Source: Elusimicrobiales bacterium (GTDB lineage Bacteria > Elusimicrobiota > Elusimicrobia > Elusimicrobiales > UBA9959). From it: a DNA stretch of 64,000 bases. The translations under genes and the position numbers were made by a program. Below, in pieces: positions 46,215 to 56,243 of the stretch. The stretch is from the NCBI GenBank assembly GCA_023701245.1, contig JAMPXK010000007.1:1733-65732 (forward strand). Reading direction: 5' to 3'. The notes under the pieces were generated by a model, which was not told where the DNA came from, ran no database searches, and saw only the letters and a list, made by a program, of their open reading frames with translations. Positions within the stretch are counted from its first letter, which is position 1; the number at the start of each line of letters is the position of its first letter.

Positions 46215-46961
46215 TCAGCCGTTTATGGTCTGCTCCAGGAACATCAGGCGCCGGCAGTCGGCGCAAACGGCAAAAGCGTCCTGCTTCTTGATGTCCACCG
46301 TCTTCTGCGGCGTAAGCGACATGTGGCAGCCCCCGCACGAGTACTTGCCCGTGGCCGGGTCCTGGTAGGCCGCCGCCACCGCCAGGCCCGCTCGGCTGGC
46401 GCGGATGGCCTCGTATTTATCCAGGAGATCGGGGCTGATGTCGGCCGCCGCCTCGTCCCGGTCCTTTTTAGCCGCCTCTATGGCGGCGGCGAGCTCCGCT
46501 GCGGAAGCCTCCAGCGCGGCCGCCTCCGAATTCATGACCCCCTCCAGCTTCTTCACCTCGGCCGCCTCCGCCTTCTCCAGCACGGCCGCCTTGTCTATCT
46601 CCTCTAGGATCAGCAGCTCCCGGGTTTCCAGCTCGTCCTTAACGGCCTTGTCCCGCTCGATCTCGCTCAACAGGGCCTTGAAAGCGTCGTTCTCCTTCAC
46701 CAGGTTCAGTTCGCGCTGGTGCTTGCGGATGCCCTCTTCCGCTTCGGCTATGCGCAGCTCGGCGTCCTTCTTGGCGACCTGCAGCGCGCAAAGGGCCTCT
46801 TTGGCCGCGGCCATGGAAAGCTTCTTGTCCTCGAACGCCTTGCGCAGGGCGGCCAGCTTTACCGGCACCTCGGCCGCGCGGGCGGTCAGCGCGCCTATGG
46901 CCGTGTCTTTGCGCTGCAGTTCCACCAGCGCGCGCACTTCGGTCGTGTGAACTATTTCCAT
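46215..46961 (-). CDS. Coiled-coil C4 zinc-ribbon protein (DUF164/HP0958 family)
   Basis: LVELQRKD, long coiled coil, CGGCHM...CADCRRLM; this family is often upstream of rnpB. Confidence 0.88.
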   Translation of the reverse strand: MEIVHTTEVRALVELQRKDTAIGALTARAAEVPVKLAALRKAFEDKKLSMAAAKEALCALQVAKKDAELRIAEAEEGIRKHQRELNLVKENDAFKALLSEIERDKAVKDELETRELLILEEIDKAAVLEKAEAAEVKKLEGVMNSEAAALEASAAELAAAIEAAKKDRDEAAADISPDLLDKYEAIRASRAGLAVAAAYQDPATGKYSCGGCHMSLTPQKTVDIKKQDAFAVCADCRRLMFLEQTING

Positions 46962-46981
46962 GGTTTTTCCGGTCCCGGCCT

Positions 46982-47854
46982 TTAAGCTGCCGCCCTGGGC
47001 GCGCCCTTTACGTTCTTAAGGATGGCTATGGCCGCGCGGCTGCGGTTGAGGGTGTAGAGATGCAGCCCGGGCGCCCCTCCGTCGAGCAGGGCCCGCGCCT
47101 GGCGGGAGGCGTACTCCACGCTGAACTTGAACATCCCGTCCTTGTCGCCCTCCCAGCGCTCTATCCCGCGGCGCAGTTCGTCGGGCACGGTCACCTGCAT
47201 CATCTTCGTGAAATTCTGCATCTGCTTGTAGCCGGTCAGCGGCATCAGGCCCGGCAGCACCGGCACGGAAATCCCCGCGGCCGCGGCCTTCTCCAGGAAC
47301 CTGAAATAATAGCTGTTGTCGAAGAACAGCTGGGTGATAAGGTACTCCGCCCCGGCGTCCACCTTCTCCCTGAGCCTGGCGATATCCGCCTCCAGGCTGG
47401 CCGCCTCCGGGTGCTTTTCCGGGTAACAGGCGCCGCCCAGGGAGAACCCGCCCTCCCGTTTGAGGTCGGCGATAAGCTGCGCGGCGTAACTGTAGTCGCT
47501 GCGGCGCGCGCCGGAATCCACGTTGTGCGGGTCGCCGCGCAGGGCCAGGACGTTGGTGATGTCCATTTTCTTAAGCCCGTCGCAGATCTCCGCTATCTCC
47601 CGGCGGGTGTGGGCCAGGCAGGTCAGGTGCGCCACTATCTCCAGCCCGAACTGCGCCTTGAGCACCCCGCAGAGCGCCACCGTGCGGTACGGGGTCACCC
47701 CGCTGGAGGAATTTGTGACCGAGACGAAATCCGGCGACAGCGCCTTGAGCTCCAGCGCCGTATTGAACAGCCGCGCCGTGTCCTCCGCCGTCTTGGGCGG
47801 ATAGAACTCGAAGGAATAGACCGTGCCGGTCCTAAGGCGCTCTGGCAGGTTCAT
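46982..47854 (-). CDS. metF: Methylenetetrahydrofolate reductase
   Basis: SFEFYPPK, AHLTC, LALRGD, YPEKH, ITQLFFD, HLYTLN. Confidence 0.95.
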   Translation of the reverse strand: MNLPERLRTGTVYSFEFYPPKTAEDTARLFNTALELKALSPDFVSVTNSSSGVTPYRTVALCGVLKAQFGLEIVAHLTCLAHTRREIAEICDGLKKMDITNVLALRGDPHNVDSGARRSDYSYAAQLIADLKREGGFSLGGACYPEKHPEAASLEADIARLREKVDAGAEYLITQLFFDNSYYFRFLEKAAAAGISVPVLPGLMPLTGYKQMQNFTKMMQVTVPDELRRGIERWEGDKDGMFKFSVEYASRQARALLDGGAPGLHLYTLNRSRAAIAILKNVKGAPRAAA

Positions 47855-47856
47855 GG

Positions 47857-48849
47857 CTAGTCCGGGAACCCCACGCGCGAGGGCGGCCAGTAGGTGAACC
47901 AGGCCGTGCCCTTTATATTGGCTTCCGGGACCGGGCCCCAGTAGCGCGAGTCGCAGGACCGGTCGCGGTTGTCGCCCATCACCAGGTAGCTGCCGGTCGG
48001 CACGGTCACCGGACCGAAATTGTCGCGGATATACTCGGAGAACATCTTGCCGAGCATGCGGTCATCCCAGAATCTCTGGTAATCCGCCGGGGTAAGCCTG
48101 CCGGCGCCGGCGGGATAGCGGCCCGGGTCCAGGTACTGGGCGTAGCCTTCTTCCTTGAGCGGTTCCCCGTTGACGAGGACCTTGCCGGCCCGCACCTCGA
48201 AGACGTCGCCGGGCATGCCTATGACGCGCTTGATGAAATCCTTGCCGTACTGGCTGCCGCCGCACTGGAACTCCGCGGGGTCCTCGGAAGGGAAGCGGAA
48301 GACCACGATGTCGCCTCGCTTCACTTTCCGGAACTTCAGGAACTTCTTCTGGGTGTAGGGGACGCGGAAGCCGTAGATGAACTTGTTGACGAACAGGTGG
48401 TCCCCTATGAGGAACGTGCGCTCCATGGAGCCGGACGGGATCTTGAAGGCCTGGATAAAGAGGTACATCACCACCGAGGCCAGCAGCACCGCGGAGAAGA
48501 CCGTTTCGGACCACTCCATGTCCTTCTTCATGGTCTGGTTCAGGCCGTCCTTAACCTCGCCCGCCCCCCCCTTCCACCAGGCGTAGGCCGCGCCGGCCAG
48601 GCCGGCCAGGAGGCCGTAGGTCAGCTGGCGGGAACTGAACAGCATGGTGGTCGTCACGTCGCCGCGGCGGTTGTCCAGGCTGACCGAGAGCAGCACCATG
48701 CCCACGAAAGAGACCAGACCGGCGAAAACGGCGTGCCAGCCCCGCGTAAAGGGCGTGGCGTCCTTGAACCGCCCCTTCTCCTTGAAATGGTGCGACAGGA
48801 ACAGGTGCGCGCCCATCAGTATGCCTATCCAGAAAAGTTTTTCTTCCAT
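47857..48849 (-). CDS. lepB: Signal peptidase I with N-terminal membrane extension
   Basis: IPSGSME, GDHLFVNKF, FIKRVIGMPGD, GDNRDRSCDSRYWG. Confidence 0.93.
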   Translation of the reverse strand: MEEKLFWIGILMGAHLFLSHHFKEKGRFKDATPFTRGWHAVFAGLVSFVGMVLLSVSLDNRRGDVTTTMLFSSRQLTYGLLAGLAGAAYAWWKGGAGEVKDGLNQTMKKDMEWSETVFSAVLLASVVMYLFIQAFKIPSGSMERTFLIGDHLFVNKFIYGFRVPYTQKKFLKFRKVKRGDIVVFRFPSEDPAEFQCGGSQYGKDFIKRVIGMPGDVFEVRAGKVLVNGEPLKEEGYAQYLDPGRYPAGAGRLTPADYQRFWDDRMLGKMFSEYIRDNFGPVTVPTGSYLVMGDNRDRSCDSRYWGPVPEANIKGTAWFTYWPPSRVGFPD

Positions 48850-48859
48850 TGTTGCGTCC

Positions 48860-50671
48860 TTATTTATCCTGACTGATCTTCAAAAGCGACATGAAGGCTT
48901 CCTGCGGGATCTCCACGGAGCCCATCAGCTTCATCTTGCGCTTGCCTTCCTTCTGCGCTTCCAGCAGTTTGCGTTTGCGGGTGATGTCTCCGCCGTAACA
49001 CTTCGCCAGCACGTCCTTGCGCTGGGCGCCTATGGTCTCGCGGGCTATGATCTTGCCGTTGACCTGCGCCTGCACGGCGATCTCGAACATATGCTTGGGG
49101 ATGAGGCCCTTGAGCTTCTCGCAGATCTGCCGGGAGTTGCCCAGCGCCTTGGTCTTGTGCGTTATGAAGGAGAGCGCGTCCACCGGCTCGGAGTGCAGCA
49201 GGATCTCTATCTTGACCATGTCCGAGGAGCGGTATTCGTGCGGTTCGTAGTCGAACGAGGCGTAGCCGCGCGACACGGACTTCAGTTTGTCGTAGAAGTC
49301 CAGGATGATCTCGGAGAGCGGCAGGTAATACTCCACGATAACCCTCGTGGTGGAGATGTACTCTATCTTTATGTGCTCGCCGCGTTTTTCCTTGAGGAGG
49401 TTCATGATGCCCTCCATGTATGTCAGCGGCGCTATGATGTTGGCTTTGACGTAGGGCTCCATGATATCCATCACATCGCCGTAATGGGGGAAATCCGCCG
49501 GGTTGGTCACCTCTATATATTTCCCTTTCAGGCCCTGCTTGTCCTTGGCCTGCACCTTGTAGATGACGTTGGGGTTGGTGGCGATGAGCGGGATGTCGAA
49601 CTCGCGCTCTATGCGCTCCCGGATGATGTCGAGGTGCAGCAGGCCCATGAAGCCCAGGCGGAAGCCGAAGCCCAGCGCCTTGGAGGTCTCGCCCTGGAAG
49701 TTGAACGAGGAATCGGTGAGGTTCAGCTTTTCTATGGCGGTCTTCAAGGCGGTGTAGTCGGTGGTGTTGACCGGGTAGAAACCGGCGAAGACCACGGGGT
49801 TCACTTCCTTGTAGCCGGGCAGCGGCGCGTCGAGCTTTACGCCCTTTTCGAAGATGGTGTCGCCCATCTTGATCTCGTGGATGTCGCGGATGCCGGCCAC
49901 GATGTAGCCGACCTCGCCGGTCCTGATGGACTGGCCCTTGATGAGCTTGGGCGTAAGGTAGCCGACCTCTTCCACCTTGTAGCTGGTGCCCTTGGAGTGG
50001 AAAGTGATGTACTTGCCGGCGGAGATGGAACCGTCCACCACGCGGGTATAGATGACCACGCCCTTGTAGACGTCGTAGAAAGAGTCGAAGACCAGGGCCT
50101 TCAGGGGCCGTTCGGAAGAGCCCACCGGCGGCGGGATCTCCTTGATCACGCGCTCCAGCACTTCGCGCGCGCCGCGGCCGTCCTTGGCGCTGATGCGGGA
50201 GGAATCCTTCGGGTCCCTGAGCACCTCCCAGATCTGCTCCTCGGTGGCGTCGGGGTTGGCGTGCTCCAGGTCGATCTTGTTGATGACGGGGATGATGGTA
50301 AGGCCCAGGCTCTGCGCCAGGTGCGCGTGCGCCAGCGTCTGCGCCTCCACGCCCTGCGACGCGTCCACCAGCAGGATGGCGCCCTCGCAGGCGGCCATGG
50401 CGCGGCTCACCTCGTAGGAAAAGTCCACGTGGCCGGGCGTGTCGATGAGGTTGAGGATGTATTCCTCGCCGTCGGCCTCGCTCTTGTAGAGCATGCGCAC
50501 GGCCTTGGCCTTGATGGTGATGCCGCGCTCCCGCTCCAGTTCCATGCCGTCGAGGAACTGTTCCTTCATCTGACGGTCCGGCACCGTGTCGGTGAGCTGG
50601 ATAAAGCGGTCGGCCAGCGTGCTCTTGCCGTGGTCTATATGCGCGATGATGCAGAAGTTGCGTATCTTCAT
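48860..50671 (-). CDS. lepA: Elongation factor 4
   Basis: IRNFCIIAHIDHGKSTLADR, DTPGHVDF, KCYGGDITRKRKLL. Confidence 0.98.
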   Translation of the reverse strand: MKIRNFCIIAHIDHGKSTLADRFIQLTDTVPDRQMKEQFLDGMELERERGITIKAKAVRMLYKSEADGEEYILNLIDTPGHVDFSYEVSRAMAACEGAILLVDASQGVEAQTLAHAHLAQSLGLTIIPVINKIDLEHANPDATEEQIWEVLRDPKDSSRISAKDGRGAREVLERVIKEIPPPVGSSERPLKALVFDSFYDVYKGVVIYTRVVDGSISAGKYITFHSKGTSYKVEEVGYLTPKLIKGQSIRTGEVGYIVAGIRDIHEIKMGDTIFEKGVKLDAPLPGYKEVNPVVFAGFYPVNTTDYTALKTAIEKLNLTDSSFNFQGETSKALGFGFRLGFMGLLHLDIIRERIEREFDIPLIATNPNVIYKVQAKDKQGLKGKYIEVTNPADFPHYGDVMDIMEPYVKANIIAPLTYMEGIMNLLKEKRGEHIKIEYISTTRVIVEYYLPLSEIILDFYDKLKSVSRGYASFDYEPHEYRSSDMVKIEILLHSEPVDALSFITHKTKALGNSRQICEKLKGLIPKHMFEIAVQAQVNGKIIARETIGAQRKDVLAKCYGGDITRKRKLLEAQKEGKRKMKLMGSVEIPQEAFMSLLKISQDK

Positions 50672-50680
50672 GTTGTTTGA

Positions 50681-50773
50681 GGGACGTTGTTGACTATTTG
50701 ACTATTTTTCACCGGTCTTTAAAATTTTAGCGTCATATCTTGACTGAAATAGTCAAATAGTCAACAACGTCCC
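50681..50773. repeat. AT-rich palindromic element with 27-bp perfect inverted repeats
   Basis: GGGACGTTGTTGACTATTTGACTATTT (50681-50707) and its reverse complement (50747-50773). Confidence 0.85.
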
Positions 50774-50783
50774 GGTCCTATAT

Positions 50784-52511
50784 CTATTTCACCTCGTCCT
50801 CTATCAGGCGGCGGATCTCTTCGGAGGTGGGCAGACCCAGGGCGCGCTGGCCCAGGGCGGAGAATTTCTCGAAGTTGATGGCCCGCACCGAATGCTTGGA
50901 GCGCAGGTACATCTTGGCCGGCACGGAGAGGATGTCCACGCCCAGCCCCACCAGCAACGGGATGGCGTACGGGTCGGAGGCCATTTCGCCGCAGACGCTC
51001 ACCGGCTTGCCCTTCTTGTGCGCGGTCTGAACCACCAGGTTGATAAGGCGCAGCACGGCGGGATGGAACGGCTCGTAGAGCTCCGACACGTACTGGTTGA
51101 TGCGGTCCACCGCCAGCGTGTACTGCACCAGGTCGTTGGTGCCTATGGAGACGAAGTCGATCTCCGGCAGCAGCGAGTCCAGGATAATGGCGGCCGCGGG
51201 GATCTCTATCATCACGCCGAACTCCGGGTCTTTCTTTACGGGGAACCCCTCTTCGGCCAGCTCGGTCCGGACGTCGGAAGCTATCTTCTTGACCGTCAGC
51301 AGCTCGTCCACGGAGGAGAGCATGGGGATCATGATCTTGATGTTGCCCTCGGTGTTGGCCTTGTAGATGGCGCGCAGCTGCGTCTTGAGCAGTTCCGGGT
51401 ACTTGATGAACAGGCGGATGCCGCGGAAGCCCATGAACGGGTTGCGCTCGTCCTTGAGGCCCTTGATGCCCAGTTCCGTGGCGCGGTCGCCGCCGATGTC
51501 CGCGGTGCGGATGGTGAGCGGGATGCCGGGGGCGGCCTTGACCACGGAGGCGTAGGCCTTGAGCTGCTCTTCCTCCGTGGGAACGCTCGCCCGGTTCATG
51601 TAAAGGAACTCCGTGCGGTACAGGCCCACGCCCTCGGCCTTCACGGCCATCAGTTCGGGGGCGTCCTCGGCCGAGTCCAGGTTGCACATCAGGCTGATCT
51701 TGTGGCCGTCGCGCGTGGTGGCCGGCAGGCCCTTGAGGCGGTGGAAGAAATGCTCCTGCTTCTGCAGCTCTTCCTTGCGGGCCTTGTACTTCTCGATTAT
51801 CTCCGGCGAGGGCGAAATGATGACCATGCCCTGCTCGCCGTCCACTATCAGCGTGTCGCCGCTCTGGATCTGGCGGCTGATGTCGGAGAGGCCCACCACG
51901 GCCGGGATGCCCATGCTCTGGGCGAAGATGGCCGTATGGCTGGACTTGGACCCCAGGTCCATGCAGAAACCGAGCACCTTGTTGGATTCGCGGATGTGCA
52001 GCGTGTCCGAGGGGTAGAGGTTGTGCGCCACTATGATGACCGGCTCTTTCAGGTCCTTCAGCGAGGTCTTCTCGGAGTTCACCAGGTTGGAGATGATCTT
52101 TTTACCCACGTCGAAAATGTCGTGCTTGCGCTCGTGGAAGAATTCGTCGTCGATCTTTTCGAACTGCTCCTCGGCCTTGTCCAGGATCTCCGACAGCGCG
52201 AACTCCGCGTTCATGGCCTTGGCCACGATCAGCTTGGGGACCTCCTTGGTGATCAGGGGGTCCTGCAGGATAAGGTGGTGGGCGTCTATGAGCTTGGCGT
52301 GGTTCTTGCCGAGCACGTTGAGGATCTTGGCGCGGATCACGTCCAAGTCCTCGCGGGTCTTCTCGAGGGCGTCCTTGAAGCGTTTTACCTCGGCCTTTAT
52401 CTTTTCAGGCTCTATCTCCTTCTGCTCAATGAGGATGTTCTCCTCCTTGACGATATGGGCCTTGCCGATGGCGATGCCGAGGCTGGCAGCTACGCCTTTT
52501 TTTATTAGCAT
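50784..52511 (-). CDS. ptsI: PTS enzyme I
   Basis: SHTAI (phospho-His), GVGLYRTEF, NPFMGFRGIR, SIGTNDL, VCGEMA. Confidence 0.97.
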   Translation of the reverse strand: MLIKKGVAASLGIAIGKAHIVKEENILIEQKEIEPEKIKAEVKRFKDALEKTREDLDVIRAKILNVLGKNHAKLIDAHHLILQDPLITKEVPKLIVAKAMNAEFALSEILDKAEEQFEKIDDEFFHERKHDIFDVGKKIISNLVNSEKTSLKDLKEPVIIVAHNLYPSDTLHIRESNKVLGFCMDLGSKSSHTAIFAQSMGIPAVVGLSDISRQIQSGDTLIVDGEQGMVIISPSPEIIEKYKARKEELQKQEHFFHRLKGLPATTRDGHKISLMCNLDSAEDAPELMAVKAEGVGLYRTEFLYMNRASVPTEEEQLKAYASVVKAAPGIPLTIRTADIGGDRATELGIKGLKDERNPFMGFRGIRLFIKYPELLKTQLRAIYKANTEGNIKIMIPMLSSVDELLTVKKIASDVRTELAEEGFPVKKDPEFGVMIEIPAAAIILDSLLPEIDFVSIGTNDLVQYTLAVDRINQYVSELYEPFHPAVLRLINLVVQTAHKKGKPVSVCGEMASDPYAIPLLVGLGVDILSVPAKMYLRSKHSVRAINFEKFSALGQRALGLPTSEEIRRLIEDEVK

Positions 52512-52533
52512 GATCCGCTCCGGTTAGAAGTCA

Positions 52534-52800
52534 TTATTCCTCGTCGAACTTTCTCGCGAACAGTTCCTCTATGGCCTTCACGGCCTCGGCCTCGTCCTTC
52601 CCCTTGGCCGTCACCTCTATCACGCTGCCCTTGCCGGCGGCCAGGGTCATGATGCCCATGATGCTCTTGGCGTTGACCTCCATACCGTCCTTGACCAGCT
52701 TAATGTCGCTGGCGAAGCGCGAGGCGGTGTTGGCCACCATGCCGGCGGGCCGGGCGTGGATGCCAAGTTCGTTGATGATGGTTATGGCTCGTTTTGTCAT
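52534..52800 (-). CDS. ptsH: Phosphocarrier HPr
   Basis: GIHARPA (His15), NAKSIMGIM (Ser46). Confidence 0.96.
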   Translation of the reverse strand: MTKRAITIINELGIHARPAGMVANTASRFASDIKLVKDGMEVNAKSIMGIMTLAAGKGSVIEVTAKGKDEAEAVKAIEELFARKFDEE

Positions 52801-53627
52801 AGGTAAAGTTTGAAGGGCTCCAGTTTAAGCAGACCGAAAAGCAGCACCGAGGCCGCCAGGATCAGGCCGGCCGAGAAAAAGACGGAACGCCCGAAAGCGC
52901 GCGCTACCCGATGCAGGGCCAGCACGGCGATCGGCAGGCCTATCTTCAGCAGCAGGTCCGCCGGGCGGCAGGCGCCGCAGTTGAACCCGGCGAGCAGCCC
53001 GAAGGCCAGCAGCACTATGGCCAGCGACATGGCGAACCCGGCCGCCGAGAGCAGGCGGATGAGGCGCGGCCAGTTGGCGGCGTCGAGCGCGCAGTTGGCC
53101 GAGCCGCCGCAGGCGTAGCCGGCCTTGAGGCCTTTCCAGCGGATGTAGACCGAGAAGACCGAATAGACCGCGATGCCCGACAGCGGCCCCGCCAGCAGCA
53201 CGCCGAAGGCCGGGGTCTCCGTCATGTCGGTGAACAGCCAGCCGTAAAAGCCGCAGCCCGCCCAGACCAGCAGGCAGAGCTGCACGGTCATGGGCTTGAG
53301 CCGGCCCCAGAAGATCCGGTCGCCGATGGAGGCGAAACTGGAGGCCAGCGCCTGTTTCACTCCGGGCAGGTGCTTGACCATGTCCTGGTCTCCGGCCGCG
53401 GCCCGCTCTTCCATGCGGGCTACATTGCCCAGCACGAACGACGCCATGTAGGGCTGGGTATTGAAGATCTCCAGGTGGCGCAGGAGGGCGGCCTTCAGGC
53501 GGTCGCCGCCGGCATAGGCCTTCTCCAGGGCGGGCTGCAGGGCAAAAGCGAAGCCCAGGTTCTGGAACCTTTCATAGTTCCAACCCGCCTGGAGCAAGAA
53601 CGACCGCAGGAACATCTTGAACAGCAT
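52797..53627 (-). CDS. PTS mannose-family EIID
   Basis: RSFLLQAGWNYERFQNLG, FNTQP, IGDRIFW. Confidence 0.88.
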   Translation of the reverse strand: MLFKMFLRSFLLQAGWNYERFQNLGFAFALQPALEKAYAGGDRLKAALLRHLEIFNTQPYMASFVLGNVARMEERAAAGDQDMVKHLPGVKQALASSFASIGDRIFWGRLKPMTVQLCLLVWAGCGFYGWLFTDMTETPAFGVLLAGPLSGIAVYSVFSVYIRWKGLKAGYACGGSANCALDAANWPRLIRLLSAAGFAMSLAIVLLAFGLLAGFNCGACRPADLLLKIGLPIAVLALHRVARAFGRSVFFSAGLILAASVLLFGLLKLEPFKLYL

Positions 53628-53633
53628 TCGACC

Positions 53634-54248
53634 CTATCCTTTCTTGTAGATCTGCGTCCTGAACCTGAAATACAGCCCGCTGAGGCCCAGCCAGGGCATC
53701 AGCGAATAAGCGAAATCGGCGCCGGGATAAAGCCGGGAGACCCCCGGCAGCAGGCCCAGCAGCGCGGCCAGGCCCGTCATGGCCAGCACGTAGCCGGCCA
53801 GGGCGGCGTTCTCCATGACCAGCGCCCGGGCCAGCCAGCGGCGCAGCCGGAGATCTCCCGCCGCCACCTGCGCCTCTATAAGGGCGTTCAGGCCGGAACG
53901 GGCGGCGCGCAGGCGGTACTCTACCGGGGAATAAGCGACGCCGGCGGCCACGCCGATGAAGAAAGCCAGCGAAGGCGCCAGCCCCCCCGCCGCGTGGGCC
54001 AGCACGCCGACGGCGGCGGCGGCGGTGCCGTTGGGCGGCACCACGCCGCCCACCGGGATGAAATCGATGTAGAGCAGTTCCAGCAGGATGCCGATCTTGG
54101 CGCCTTCCAGCGGGCAGCCGTTGAGCCAGCCGAGCAGGGGCCCCACCAGCGCCGGGCGCGAGAGCAGGAACTGGCCCGCCTGCACGGAGTCCAGGCCCAG
54201 CAGGCCGGCCAGGGCGGAAGAGATAAGGGCTTTGAGGGCCAGGGTCAC
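53634..54248 (-). CDS. PTS mannose-family EIIC (short, divergent)
   Basis: LD...GQFLLSRPALVG, LELL..IPVGGVVPP; GTG start overlaps the GH57 stop (GTGA). Confidence 0.82.
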   Translation of the reverse strand: MTLALKALISSALAGLLGLDSVQAGQFLLSRPALVGPLLGWLNGCPLEGAKIGILLELLYIDFIPVGGVVPPNGTAAAAVGVLAHAAGGLAPSLAFFIGVAAGVAYSPVEYRLRAARSGLNALIEAQVAAGDLRLRRWLARALVMENAALAGYVLAMTGLAALLGLLPGVSRLYPGADFAYSLMPWLGLSGLYFRFRTQIYKKG

Positions 54249-56233
54249 AGCGGCCGCACCTCCAGGGTAAAAGCCAGCGACGCCCCGGGCTCCAGCTCGC
54301 GCTTCAAATGCGCCAGCATTACCGCGCCCTGGTAGGTCTTTTCCGCGCCCTCTTCGGAACGCGAGACGGTCTCCAGCGGGAAGCTCCACAGGTCCAGCGG
54401 CTGGTCGAACTCTATTTCCACGCCGCCGTAAACCGGGTCCCGGAAAGTTTTTTTCTTCACCTTATGGAACTCGCCGGGAGGACAATGCTCCTTATTGGAG
54501 AAAGCCAGCGCCAGTTCCGTGCCGAACCAGACCGCGGCCTTATGGCCGCCCAGGTTGGAAACCTTGTAGGCGGCGCGCCAGGAGCCGTCGCCGCGCAGCA
54601 GCACGCTCTTCTCCACGCGCACCGGAGAAGACGCCCCGCCGGCCCAGACCGCGCCTTCGCGCGCGAAGCGCAGCGCCAGGCCTTCCGCCTCCTCGGCCTG
54701 ACGGAAAGAATACTCACCGGTGACGAAATCGCCCTGCTCGCCGTAAGAGGCCTTGGAGAAGGCCTGGAAAGAGGTGTCGGCGTGCAGGAAATGGTCCAGC
54801 AGGCTCATGCGCGGGTGCCAGTCGTAGGCCAGGTCTTTCTTGAGCTCCGCCTCGGCCGCCCGGCGCTTTTCGCTGGAGGAAATGCTCCTGGCGTCCGCCT
54901 CGTGGTAGGCCTCGGGGTGGCGCCAGACCAGCGACCCGAAGTTCACGCCGCGCGGCTTATAGTCCCACTCCCACATACCCGCGCCCTTGGCCGGGGAAAA
55001 ATAGAAATTGGCCTGCTCGCCCTCCGCCAGCAGTTCCGGGGAACCGTCGGCGTCCCAGTCTTCCAGGGCCACCTCGAAACCGCGGCCGCGCCGCGCCGGC
55101 AGCGCACCTTCCGCCTCCAGGATGTTCTTATACACAGCCATGCGGATATGGGGCAGGTAGATGCCGCCGAACACGCCGTGCCAGTACCCGCAGTTGCACT
55201 GCGCCCGGTAAAGCGCCTGGCGGCCGTGATTGGAGCCGGAACCGCGCACCCTGGCGCTGGCCCGCAGCATCCGCCGGTATAGCCGGTTGGCTTCCGGGTA
55301 CTTGGAGAAGAAATTGCGGAAATAACCGCCGCGCAGGAAACTGCGGAAATCCTCGGAGGAATCCTCCCAGAGGCCGGCCAGCCGGCGCGACCGTTCGGCC
55401 GGCAGCGCCCACTGCGCCAGCTCGTGGTAGGAAGTGGTAGGCAGGTAGGCCAGACCCTTCGAGGGCTTGTCCAGGCAATCGGAGAACCGGGCGGTGGACA
55501 GCCACGCGCCGTTCTGCTCCAGCAGGGTGAACAGGCGGTCCAGCCAGCCTTTTTTGTAGACCAGGTCGTGCGTGCCCGGCCAGAGGCCGAACTTCTCGCC
55601 GTCGTCGGCCATCACCAGCACGGCGTCCCGGCCCTCGAAGCCCCGCAGGTAGTCTATGACCTTCTGGGGCTCGGCGAAAGGCATCAGGTAGCGCAGGCGG
55701 TGGTTTATGGGGAACACGTCCAGGTGGCGGCCGTTGTGCTCGGTGGTGAAGCGCCCGGTCAGGTCCCGCTCCTCGAAACCGGCCGAGAAGAAATGCACGT
55801 CGTCGAGCGCGGTGTAGCGCACGCCCAGGCCGGCCAGGGAGCCGGCCAGCTCCGGTTCCCACACCCTTTCGGCCAGCCACAGGCCGGCCGGGTCCGCGGC
55901 GAAGCGCCCGCGCACGTAGTCGCGCATCATGTTCACCTGGCCGCGGCGGTCCTCTTCCGGGAGCAGGGCCAGGATGGGCTCGTAATAGCCGCCGGAAAGT
56001 ATTTCCAGGCGCCCGGCCTTCACCAGGCCGGCCAGCCGGTCCAGGAAATCAGGGTGCGCCTTTTCCAGCCAGTCGTAGAGGATCCCGGAGAAATGAGCGC
56101 TGACGCGCACGCCCGGGTGCCTGTCCAGCACGTCGAAGAACGGCCTGTAGCTGAGCGCGAAGGCCTCCTCGAGCACGCTCTCGAAGTTGCCCACCGGCTG
56201 GTGGTTATGCAGGGCTATTACCAGTTTTACCAT
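54245..56233 (-). CDS. GH57 alpha-amylase / 4-alpha-glucanotransferase
   Basis: HNHQP, GGYYEPIL, WLAERVWEP, DDGEKFG.WP, AQCNCGYWHGVFGG, TYQG. Confidence 0.92.
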   Translation of the reverse strand: MVKLVIALHNHQPVGNFESVLEEAFALSYRPFFDVLDRHPGVRVSAHFSGILYDWLEKAHPDFLDRLAGLVKAGRLEILSGGYYEPILALLPEEDRRGQVNMMRDYVRGRFAADPAGLWLAERVWEPELAGSLAGLGVRYTALDDVHFFSAGFEERDLTGRFTTEHNGRHLDVFPINHRLRYLMPFAEPQKVIDYLRGFEGRDAVLVMADDGEKFGLWPGTHDLVYKKGWLDRLFTLLEQNGAWLSTARFSDCLDKPSKGLAYLPTTSYHELAQWALPAERSRRLAGLWEDSSEDFRSFLRGGYFRNFFSKYPEANRLYRRMLRASARVRGSGSNHGRQALYRAQCNCGYWHGVFGGIYLPHIRMAVYKNILEAEGALPARRGRGFEVALEDWDADGSPELLAEGEQANFYFSPAKGAGMWEWDYKPRGVNFGSLVWRHPEAYHEADARSISSSEKRRAAEAELKKDLAYDWHPRMSLLDHFLHADTSFQAFSKASYGEQGDFVTGEYSFRQAEEAEGLALRFAREGAVWAGGASSPVRVEKSVLLRGDGSWRAAYKVSNLGGHKAAVWFGTELALAFSNKEHCPPGEFHKVKKKTFRDPVYGGVEIEFDQPLDLWSFPLETVSRSEEGAEKTYQGAVMLAHLKRELEPGASLAFTLEVRPL

Positions 56234-56243
56234 TAAAGCTGTT

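Noticed and set aside
45771-46368. Short ORFs over the rnpB region
   Set aside because: Explained by the RNase P RNA and repeat copy C
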